In this document: piece after piece, positions 41,797 through 49,631 of the stretch
Numbering within the stretch: position 1 is the first letter of the stretch
Layout of the letters: every line of letters begins with the position of its first letter
Origin: a virus
Taxonomy: Duplodnaviria > Caudoviricetes
Length of the DNA stretch: 64,000 nucleotides
Direction: 5' to 3' (one strand)
Virus record (IMG/VR): IMGVR_UViG_3300042291_000844
Coordinates: 96,001-160,000 of that record
Position numbers and translations under genes: made by a program
The notes under the pieces: model-generated
Database searches by the model: none
What the model was told of the DNA's origin: nothing
The model's input: the letters and a program-made list of their open reading frames with translations, nothing else

Positions 41797-43287
41797 TTAT
41801 AGTTTGGGTGGTGGTATTCCCTGGTCACAGGTTGGACAAAAAGGAGCACAACCATACCCACCACAATAATAAGAACCACAACCCCAACAACTATTATGCA
41901 TTACACTAAATATTCCATCTCCAATATCCACTAAGAATAAATCGCCGGGTGCAAAATCTAATGAATATATTGTTTTGTATTCAAACACCATTTCTAAATT
42001 TGTAATTGTAATTGTTGTTAATTCATTTGTATTTATATCAGTTACAACTAATTTATCTCCAACATATAAACTATTTACTTTTTCAAATCTAGTTGCGGTT
42101 GAATCTTTTTCTTCAATATAATATGTACATCCAGGTGCATCTGTCCAAGTTTTACCATCTTCTAATGTTATTTTTATCATAATCACTTCTGCCGATTGCG
42201 ATACCATACCTATTAATTCAGATTGTAATGATGTTAATGTATCATTTGATTGTTGTAACGTACTATCCCAACCATATGTCACAATTTCATTTGTAAAAGA
42301 TTTAGCTTCATTTTCATTTGAATCTACAAAATTTATAGAACGAATATAATCGCCTAATTGTATGGTGGTAACATTTGTTAATGTACCATCGTAGTTTAAG
42401 ATATTTGAATCATCATCGGTATGATAATCACTCTCAGTTTTACCTATTTCTTTTGTAATATATTTATATCTTGTTTTTTGATTTAATTTTTTGGTGCCAG
42501 TAACAAATTCATCAGCGGTAAACGAAATCGGTATTATTGAAGATTGTGTGTATCCACCCATATTAATAATATCTAAATTTGAACCATATATAATATCAAT
42601 TCCTCTTATAATTGAGTATCTACCGTCTACCAAATTATCTTCTGAAAATATAAATTCTTGAATTAAATAATTACTTTCAGCTGAGTTTATTGTATCATTT
42701 AATTCAGTATTATTTGAAACTGTATATAATGCGGGGTATTGTGTTCCATCATATTGGGGATAACGATACTTTATTAATAGGTTTGGATTTGTAGTAGTGG
42801 TATAATCTACTTCATCTAATGTATTTAAATTTAACGTATCAGATGTATACTTTGTTTTTGGAATATACTCTGAATCTTTCATTAAATTAAAAAATTCAAA
42901 TTTATCAGCACAATACGTTTCATCTACTAATGCAGTTGTATCAAATGCTTGTCTTAAAATAAATTTAGTATCAGTATCTTCTATAAATGGTACAGTAACC
43001 GAACCCGCTGGTACAATATGGCCAGTATACGTTATATTATTTTCTGCACATTTTTCTTGTAATATTTGTAGAAATCTATGTGGTTGATTTAATGGTTTGA
43101 ACGCATCACCTTCCGTCCATATATAATGGAACTCAGTAATATTATTAGCATTTAACATATCAAATAACGTAGTGTAATCTAATAAATCAGCACCCTCATT
43201 ATAAATTGTGGTATTTGTATTTATTTCTAAAAACTTAACCGAACCATTTTTTTGTAGATAATCACTACCAATTATTGTTGCTTTCAT
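41797..43287 (-). CDS. permuted ATP-grasp-like domain + Hint domain + C-terminal six-Cys peptide
   Basis: N-terminal D...FLEINTN then DK, PKT, K, LIQEFI; Hint blocks (ILNYDG...IQLGD; VNSLYVGD; IYSLDF...MHN); tail SCWGCGSYYCGGYGCAPFCPTCDQGIPPPKL. Confidence 0.7.
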   Translation of the reverse strand: MKATIIGSDYLQKNGSVKFLEINTNTTIYNEGADLLDYTTLFDMLNANNITEFHYIWTEGDAFKPLNQPHRFLQILQEKCAENNITYTGHIVPAGSVTVPFIEDTDTKFILRQAFDTTALVDETYCADKFEFFNLMKDSEYIPKTKYTSDTLNLNTLDEVDYTTTTNPNLLIKYRYPQYDGTQYPALYTVSNNTELNDTINSAESNYLIQEFIFSEDNLVDGRYSIIRGIDIIYGSNLDIINMGGYTQSSIIPISFTADEFVTGTKKLNQKTRYKYITKEIGKTESDYHTDDDSNILNYDGTLTNVTTIQLGDYIRSINFVDSNENEAKSFTNEIVTYGWDSTLQQSNDTLTSLQSELIGMVSQSAEVIMIKITLEDGKTWTDAPGCTYYIEEKDSTATRFEKVNSLYVGDKLVVTDINTNELTTITITNLEMVFEYKTIYSLDFAPGDLFLVDIGDGIFSVMHNSCWGCGSYYCGGYGCAPFCPTCDQGIPPPKL

Positions 43288-43347
43288 AAATGTTTATTTT
43301 TTTCTGGATGTACCTATAAATATATTAAAATTGAATTTAAGACCATT

Positions 43348-43650
43348 TTAAATAATACTAGGATTTTTTTTAATTTCAAGTGGTTCTAAATAATTAGAAT
43401 CAACTTCATTCCATTTTTTTAATCCACATGCATTATAAGTTGTTGAAAATACTTTTTTATTCAATGGACACCCACATTCACCACAATACGCACTCCATTT
43501 TAATCCTTTTATTACTTCTTTTCTATAATCACACCCTAAACAAACATCAAGTCTTAATTTAGCTAATTCCTCTTGTTTTGGTGTGGGGTTTAAAGAAATT
43601 TTCCAAGCATCAAATATTTCTTTATAATTAATTATAGGTTTAGGTATCAT
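43348..43650 (-). CDS. small Zn-binding protein, DUF6171-like
   Basis: RL.VC..C...C..CGC...K...C...KW; ends PSII. Confidence 0.7.
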   Translation of the reverse strand: MIPKPIINYKEIFDAWKISLNPTPKQEELAKLRLDVCLGCDYRKEVIKGLKWSAYCGECGCPLNKKVFSTTYNACGLKKWNEVDSNYLEPLEIKKNPSII

Positions 43651-43651
43651 A

Positions 43652-44389
43652 TTATATTAATGTTTTATTATTTTTTTGAATATCGTAATAATCATAAATA
43701 TCATTATATTTTTTGATGAAATCATCATTCATTTTTAAATTACAATCAAAATGTTGACTTCCATTTAAGTTTTCCATTTTAAATGGTTTATCTGTTTTAT
43801 TAGATACCCATTCCTCTAATTCTGTAAAATTTCCAAATTCAAACCATTTTATTTTTGGGTTATTATTATGCCAAAATGATATTGGCCTGAATAATATTAA
43901 TAACATATTTTCCAGATAATCGTCCAAATACTTTTGAATTCCATTTCTTTTTGCAAATTCTTTAATTACTAAAATTTGAGAAGTTAGTGATATTAAATCT
44001 AAATCTTTAAAAAATAATATATCATCCATATTTAATTTTTTTAGTATATTTACTAATTCGTTTGGATATTTTAGATGTTCCATTTCGACCATATCAATTA
44101 TATGTTTCCATAATGAAATAAATCGTTCATATCTATTTCGTTTAATTGTTATGATATCATACTCATTCCCAAATTTTAATAGTAATAAATCTAATCTTTC
44201 GTGAAGATGTACCATATTATCTGCGAGCGATTCATTACTCAAAGTTAAATTAATGGGTATATGGTAATTATCTACAAATGATTGGTCAAAATGTTCAATT
44301 TTAAATCCACTTCTTAAACATGATATATAAAATGAAGTGGATGCACATCTTGGTAATGATATAAATAAAAATTTATTCTCTACTAACAC
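43652..44389 (-). CDS. sulfotransferase-like protein
   Basis: FISLPRCASTS PAPS loop; RN.YERFIS.W; ends KTLI. Confidence 0.75.
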   Translation of the reverse strand: MLVENKFLFISLPRCASTSFYISCLRSGFKIEHFDQSFVDNYHIPINLTLSNESLADNMVHLHERLDLLLLKFGNEYDIITIKRNRYERFISLWKHIIDMVEMEHLKYPNELVNILKKLNMDDILFFKDLDLISLTSQILVIKEFAKRNGIQKYLDDYLENMLLILFRPISFWHNNNPKIKWFEFGNFTELEEWVSNKTDKPFKMENLNGSQHFDCNLKMNDDFIKKYNDIYDYYDIQKNNKTLI

Positions 44390-45027
44390 TATATTAACGA
44401 TTTTTGGTTTTTAATAAAATCAAATCCAACATTACCTGCCATAACAATTCTATCTAAGGTTGATTCCGATGCACTATGTGGTGAATGGGGCATATCTGCC
44501 TCCATTATAATTAAATCATCTTCTTCCGGCATTATCCAATATTCCGTATTATCTTTTCCTTTAAAACATAATACCCCATCATCACCATTCATTACATCTG
44601 GCATTTGAATATAATAAACGTATGTATAATGTGGAATAAAGTCTTTATTTTTTTTATTAATTTCAGTATGTATATGATATTTTTCATCATTATAAAACTC
44701 TTCTTGTACTGGATTTTTAGAACGAACAACGTTGACCCAAGCATCTGTATTAATCTTATTATAATTTATACCGGTTTCATTATAAATTTCTTTACATTTA
44801 TTAATACCAATTTGAATTATTTCATCTAATTTTGTTTCTACCTTAATATCACCAATAAAATTTAAATGTTCATTCCATTCTTTTTTATAACCAAACCCAT
44901 CAGTTTTAACATTAGGCTGGGATTCTATAATAGAATATGCCTCTTTTAAAAACAATTGTTTATCACTTATTCGATTTAATTTTACTTTCCAAATATAAGT
45001 TGTCTCATCAAAAAATATCTTTTCCAT
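44389..45027 (-). CDS. putative 2OG-Fe(II) oxygenase (TIGR02466-like)
   Basis: AWVN, H.H, YVYY+.MP, H, R+V.AGN; ends KSLI. Confidence 0.75.
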   Translation of the reverse strand: MEKIFFDETTYIWKVKLNRISDKQLFLKEAYSIIESQPNVKTDGFGYKKEWNEHLNFIGDIKVETKLDEIIQIGINKCKEIYNETGINYNKINTDAWVNVVRSKNPVQEEFYNDEKYHIHTEINKKNKDFIPHYTYVYYIQMPDVMNGDDGVLCFKGKDNTEYWIMPEEDDLIIMEADMPHSPHSASESTLDRIVMAGNVGFDFIKNQKSLI

Positions 45028-45033
45028 AATTTT

Positions 45034-45639
45034 TTATATTAAAGTAGTTTGGGTTTTAAGGTATTTTTTATTTATATCTAAAAAATAAAAATTAGAACAA
45101 AACACAATCCGTTCAGTATTTGAGTTTATATTAGTTTCTGCACGATGTAACAAATTTGCATCAAATATTAATAAATCACCTACGTTTGGTAAGATTGAAA
45201 ATTCTTCGCCATTTTCATCTTTAAATATTAAATGTCCTTCTTTGTCATTTAAATTATTTGGCATTTTACTATAATAAGTTAATGTATAATCTGGTGTTTG
45301 TTTTATAAAACTTGTTGATATTTTTGAATTATGTCTATGAAAACCGGAATAACTATTATTATTTTTACTAATAAAAATCCATTCATTTGTATTATAAAAA
45401 AATGGTTTGTTAACTAAGTAAAACATAGAGTCTATGATATTCTGTCTAACAATATTTATATTTTTAGAATTTACTTGCACATACGATTGTATACCAGGTG
45501 TTTCTGGGGTTGGGTGACTTACATTCTGACTAATTTCAATAGAATACCATAATTCTTTTGATAATTGTTCATTATCTATTCCTTCTATGCGTTTTCTATA
45601 TATAATTATATTTTCACCTAATTTTATTTCCTCTAACAT
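45034..45639 (-). CDS. putative 2OG-Fe(II) oxygenase (TIGR02466-like)
   Basis: FH.H, TYY..MP, GDLLIF...L.H, RI...N; ends TTLI. Confidence 0.75.
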   Translation of the reverse strand: MLEEIKLGENIIIYRKRIEGIDNEQLSKELWYSIEISQNVSHPTPETPGIQSYVQVNSKNINIVRQNIIDSMFYLVNKPFFYNTNEWIFISKNNNSYSGFHRHNSKISTSFIKQTPDYTLTYYSKMPNNLNDKEGHLIFKDENGEEFSILPNVGDLLIFDANLLHRAETNINSNTERIVFCSNFYFLDINKKYLKTQTTLI

Positions 45640-45645
45640 ATTATA

Positions 45646-46281
45646 TTAATTTAGTTTTTTATAAAATATATCAGCTAATTCTTTATGACCTACTTCAGAA
45701 AAATGGGCATCGTTAATTACGCCATTAGTTTCATCTTGTAATCTATTTAATAAAGTTCCCACATACCAATCTGTTGGTAGTAATTGTTTTTTAAGATGAA
45801 CATCAGTACATAAAGCAAAGGGTGACCAAAAAATAACTTTAATGCCTTTTAATTTAAATATAGTACTAAGTAATTTAGACCAATTAACTATTTCATCCCA
45901 ATATAACCTACTCATTCTATTAATCCGAATTTGCTCTAATGTATTGATATCGATAAATTTATACGATTCTAACTCTGAAACTGAATTTCTGATAGTACTC
46001 CATTTATTATTTTTTTCTAACCTAAAACGAGATGGTTCTGTCCAACCTATAATAACAATATCTCTAGTATTGATAGAATCTATGTTAGTAATGATAGACT
46101 CAAAGATAGTATTATTATCAACACCCCCATTACCACATTGGTTAACTTCCATATCTAGCATTGTAGATAGGTAGTGAGAAAATATTTTTGGTTGATATCC
46201 TTTGTATTCTTTATATTTAATACCCAATCCATACATCTTTTCCCATGTTGTAGAAAACGAATCACCAAATACCCAAATCAT
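45646..46281 (-). CDS. SGNH/GDSL-like hydrolase or acyltransferase
   Basis: VFGDSFS, DN.TI, D.HFS..GH..LA. Confidence 0.75.
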   Translation of the reverse strand: MIWVFGDSFSTTWEKMYGLGIKYKEYKGYQPKIFSHYLSTMLDMEVNQCGNGGVDNNTIFESIITNIDSINTRDIVIIGWTEPSRFRLEKNNKWSTIRNSVSELESYKFIDINTLEQIRINRMSRLYWDEIVNWSKLLSTIFKLKGIKVIFWSPFALCTDVHLKKQLLPTDWYVGTLLNRLQDETNGVINDAHFSEVGHKELADIFYKKLN

Positions 46282-46841
46282 AAAAGATTTTGTTTTGTTG
46301 AATTTGTTTTAACTAATGACACCCAATTTACTAATGAATACCTAATCCCATTCACTACTGGCGTTACTCTATGCAGTAATCTTGAATTAAAAATATATAA
46401 TGTCCCAATTTTATTTTCTATTGGTACAATCTCACCTTTAATGTTTTTTATTTCTAATAGACCGCCTTCGTATGCATTGTTTAACTGAATTACTATTGAT
46501 GTAAATCTATTTCTATATATGGTACCAGTACTATCGGTATGCCAATCAAAGTACTCACCTTCTTTATACTCAGTAAATTGAAATGGTCCAAGTCCCGTAA
46601 CTTCCATACCATTTATATTAAAGGTTTTTCTTAATTTATTTGTTAATCTGTCATTTAAAAATTCTAAATTAGATATCCAGCCAATCGATGATTTTCTATT
46701 TGTTTTATTATGTGGAGTATTAGAATCATCACCATATACTTTAGCATCTGATAATGATAATTCATTTTTACATTTGTTTAAAAGCAACTCACACTCTTCG
46801 GGTGATAGGAAATTTTCAAATATGTCTATATTGTCAATCAT
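46278..46841 (-). CDS. 2OG-Fe(II) oxygenase, prolyl-hydroxylase-like (start moved to MIDNIDIF)
   Basis: WHTD, YEGG.L, LHRVTPV..G.RYS; ends QNLL. Confidence 0.9.
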   Translation of the reverse strand: MIDNIDIFENFLSPEECELLLNKCKNELSLSDAKVYGDDSNTPHNKTNRKSSIGWISNLEFLNDRLTNKLRKTFNINGMEVTGLGPFQFTEYKEGEYFDWHTDSTGTIYRNRFTSIVIQLNNAYEGGLLEIKNIKGEIVPIENKIGTLYIFNSRLLHRVTPVVNGIRYSLVNWVSLVKTNSTKQNLL

Positions 46842-46862
46842 ATATATAAATATATAAATAAT

Positions 46863-46894
46863 AAAAAAAAGGGTCACCGAAATTGATGACCCTT
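46863..46894 (-). terminator. intrinsic terminator after hsp20
   Basis: AAGGGTCA/TGACCCTT stem plus T-tract. Confidence 0.75.
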
Positions 46895-46913
46895 ATCATT
46901 TTTTTAAATTAGA

Positions 46914-47294
46914 TTATCCAATTTTGATTTGAACTTTCTTTGGTTTTGCTTCATCGTATTTGTCAGTTGTAATGATTAATAAACCATTATCAAATTTAGC
47001 TTCCGATTTAGTTCCATCATAATCCTTACCAAGTGTAAAAGTTAAATCAATATCCGTAACTAATGAAGAACTGGTTTCTTCTTTTTTTGATTTAATTAGC
47101 ATCTGAGTTTCAGTAACTTCCAATTTAATGTTCTTTGGATTGTGGCCCAATACATTTAGAGTTAATTGATACTTCCCATCTTCCAATACCTTACCCTCAT
47201 ATCTATTGAAAGATGAATAGGTTGATGTAGAATTCCAAGTTGGTAATTCGGATTCAAATAAATCCAATAAGTTTGTAATGTTTGCTGTGTACAT
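46914..47294 (-). CDS. small heat-shock protein (Hsp20/alpha-crystallin)
   Basis: Y.L..NV.G..PKNI.L, A.FDNGLL.I, V.I C-terminal motif. Confidence 0.9.
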   Translation of the reverse strand: MYTANITNLLDLFESELPTWNSTSTYSSFNRYEGKVLEDGKYQLTLNVLGHNPKNIKLEVTETQMLIKSKKEETSSSLVTDIDLTFTLGKDYDGTKSEAKFDNGLLIITTDKYDEAKPKKVQIKIG

Positions 47295-47358
47295 AATTTT
47301 TTTATTTTAGTTAAACAATACCTTTAATATTACAATTGTTATACCAAAGGGTACTTTA

Positions 47359-47402
47359 TGACATATTGTCAGTATTTTAAAATCTTATTTGACAACTTGT
47401 CA
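47359..47402. promoter_or_regulatory. two TGACA-N3-TGTCA palindromes upstream of hsp20 (candidate operators)
   Basis: TGACATATTGTCA at 47359-47371 and TGACAACTTGTCA at 47390-47402. Confidence 0.55.
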
Positions 47403-47403
47403 G

Positions 47404-48063
47404 TTAGAAAGGTTTAGTATCTTCCCATTGTTTGTTCTCCTGTCTACAACTCATATGGTCAGCCCAATGTAGAATGTATGGTAGGTCGGTTTTTAACCTC
47501 ATCTCGGGACGGAAACTGATAAAGTAAGGTTTAGTACCTTCGTTGTATAATCCGTCTGCTAACATAATCCCAATCATCTCCTTTTCGGAATAGGTAATAC
47601 CATATTGGTTAAGTAACCACAACGCCCTATGTGTTACATCCATATAATGATTCTCTCCATTAATCTTAAACAATGCACCTTGGTTCTTTTTATGCCAATC
47701 AGACCCCTCCTCTACATAATGAGGTTGACCCTTCACTCCTAACTTACCCAAATCATGATGGAAGGCTGCGAAGAATAATTCCTCATCGGTAAAATCTACT
47801 TTGATTCCACCCTCCTCATAAATCTTTTTCATCTTATACGCGTTTCGGGCAACGTTCATCACGTGGTCTAAATATCCACCAACATAAGCAGAGTGATAAT
47901 GTTCTTTACTACTTGCAGGGGCCAGAACTAATTCAGTTCCTAATTCCTCTTGTGAATACATGAACTTTAATTTCTCTAAACGTTCACCACTAAATACTTT
48001 ACTCAATGCCTCAATGAATTTATCATAATTCTTTTGTAGGTCTTCTGCTGAATAGTTTTTCAT
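47404..48063 (-). CDS. HD-domain phosphohydrolase
   Basis: H.H.AY.GGYLDH, FHHDLGK, HWAD. Confidence 0.85.
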   Translation of the reverse strand: MKNYSAEDLQKNYDKFIEALSKVFSGERLEKLKFMYSQEELGTELVLAPASSKEHYHSAYVGGYLDHVMNVARNAYKMKKIYEEGGIKVDFTDEELFFAAFHHDLGKLGVKGQPHYVEEGSDWHKKNQGALFKINGENHYMDVTHRALWLLNQYGITYSEKEMIGIMLADGLYNEGTKPYFISFRPEMRLKTDLPYILHWADHMSCRQENKQWEDTKPF

Positions 48064-48073
48064 AATTTATATT

Positions 48074-48421
48074 TTAATCTTCAATTTCTTGTCCTGTTAA
48101 TGCCCTATATAGAATTTCTAATTGTTCTTCACTCTCACAATATCCCAACCCAACCGCATCTCCAATTTCAACTATATAACTTCCCTTTGGTAATTCCATA
48201 TGTTTCCATTCATCGTTTATAGATGATATTAAACAAGGTGCATCTTCGGATGGATTATCCTTCGGTAGTGGTAATACATAATAGTACATTCCACTTGGAG
48301 CAGATTCTTCATCATCACCCTCTTCTGCCATTTCATCTACCTTTTCCCATCCCTGTCTTTCAAATGTATCTTCAGTTATAGGTGTTTCTGGAAATTCTAT
48401 TGGGGTTTCTTCTATACTCAT
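48074..48421 (-). CDS. acidic hypothetical protein
   Basis: 115 aa ORF in operon. Confidence 0.6.
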   Translation of the reverse strand: MSIEETPIEFPETPITEDTFERQGWEKVDEMAEEGDDEESAPSGMYYYVLPLPKDNPSEDAPCLISSINDEWKHMELPKGSYIVEIGDAVGLGYCESEEQLEILYRALTGQEIED

Positions 48422-49023
48422 TCTAAAACTATTTTAGTATATAAAATTATTTTTGATTCATAATGATATGTTTTTAATACTAATGTATCACCAATCATAT
48501 TACCGGTTGGTGATATTATTGTATTTATTTCACCTGTCCTATCATCACTATAAGATGCTGGATTTGTGGTTGGAACTAATGCAGTTACATTTGATATTAA
48601 TGCTGGTAAATTTACAATAGTATATTGACCTGTAAAATAGTTTATATATGATTTTGTTATTGTTGCAATTGTATCACCTTTATTAAGATGCCAATACAAA
48701 TTACTTTCCCATTCTATTTTTTCTACTGGTTTATTTGGTATTTTACCATTTAATAAAATTCTACCGGTAACTCTATATGATTGTTGCTGAGGATTTGGTA
48801 TTAATTTTATATGATAGTAACCTTTTGTATCCTTTGCAACTGAACGTAATCCATCTCTTGTTAATACAGAATCTATTGATATTGTGTATTTATTAACTAT
48901 TATTGGTGTGGTATTTGTTTTTGTTTGAACCTCTGGCCCCCATTGTGAAATAGGAGTGGGTATATCATCTTTACTGCAAGCAGTAAATAGTAAAGAACTT
49001 AATACTAACCATTTGATTCTCAT
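48418..49023 (-). CDS. lipoprotein (start moved to MRIKWL)
   Basis: Lipobox LFTAC followed by SKDD. Confidence 0.7.
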   Translation of the reverse strand: MRIKWLVLSSLLFTACSKDDIPTPISQWGPEVQTKTNTTPIIVNKYTISIDSVLTRDGLRSVAKDTKGYYHIKLIPNPQQQSYRVTGRILLNGKIPNKPVEKIEWESNLYWHLNKGDTIATITKSYINYFTGQYTIVNLPALISNVTALVPTTNPASYSDDRTGEINTIISPTGNMIGDTLVLKTYHYESKIILYTKIVLE

Positions 49024-49505
49024 AACAATTTGTTTAAGATTGATTCCCAAGTCGGATATTCATTCCATTCCTTTGTTTCATATGCCCAACCAAATTTAAG
49101 TAACTCACCTTTGAACTCTCCGGCCCCATTCTTAATTCGGTCATCAATTAGGTAATCACCTGTCAATAAGTCTTTTCGGTGGGTAACCATCATTTTTTTA
49201 TGAAAGAGATTTCCAAAGTGGTACTCAATCCAATATCGTTTGTCAGTTGAAGCATCAGGGTTTCCCCACGGTGCTGCGGTTGCGATGAACATTTCATACT
49301 TTCCACTCTCGGCCAATTTCTTAACAGCCTCAATTGCTCCTTCGTATGGAGGTGGGTTTCTGAATATACCAGGAATATGGTCAGGACATTTTTTGTATTT
49401 ATCAACTAAGTGTGGGTGGAGTTCAAACCACTTATCAAACTCGGCTTTTAAATCTACTAAAACGCCATCCATGTCTATGTAAAGAATCTTTTTGTTGTTG
49501 TTCAT
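49020..49505 (-). CDS. 5'(3')-deoxyribonucleotidase (NT5C-like HAD)
   Basis: YIDMDGVL, TAAPW, LIDD. Confidence 0.9.
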   Translation of the reverse strand: MNNNKKILYIDMDGVLVDLKAEFDKWFELHPHLVDKYKKCPDHIPGIFRNPPPYEGAIEAVKKLAESGKYEMFIATAAPWGNPDASTDKRYWIEYHFGNLFHKKMMVTHRKDLLTGDYLIDDRIKNGAGEFKGELLKFGWAYETKEWNEYPTWESILNKLL

Positions 49506-49543
49506 AATGTTAATTGTTGTTATTATCTCTCTTTCTTATACAA

Positions 49544-49575
49544 TAAAGATACGAAGAATAATTGAATTTTCCAAA
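49544..49575 (-). promoter_or_regulatory. Bacteroidota-type promoter
   Basis: TTTG-N20-TATCTTTA. Confidence 0.8.
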
Positions 49576-49631
49576 TTTTAGGTAAGTTATTTCCAAACTA
49601 ATTTTAAGTATAATGTATAACTCATTGATTA

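Noticed and set aside
41893-42423. Canonical splicing intein
   Set aside because: No Cys/Ser at position 1, no block-B His, no endonuclease, and the C-extein is only 31 aa; treated as a cleavage-type Hint domain
47317-47348. Host-type promoter for hsp20
   Set aside because: TTTG is present but no TAnnTTTG at the 20-nt spacing used elsewhere
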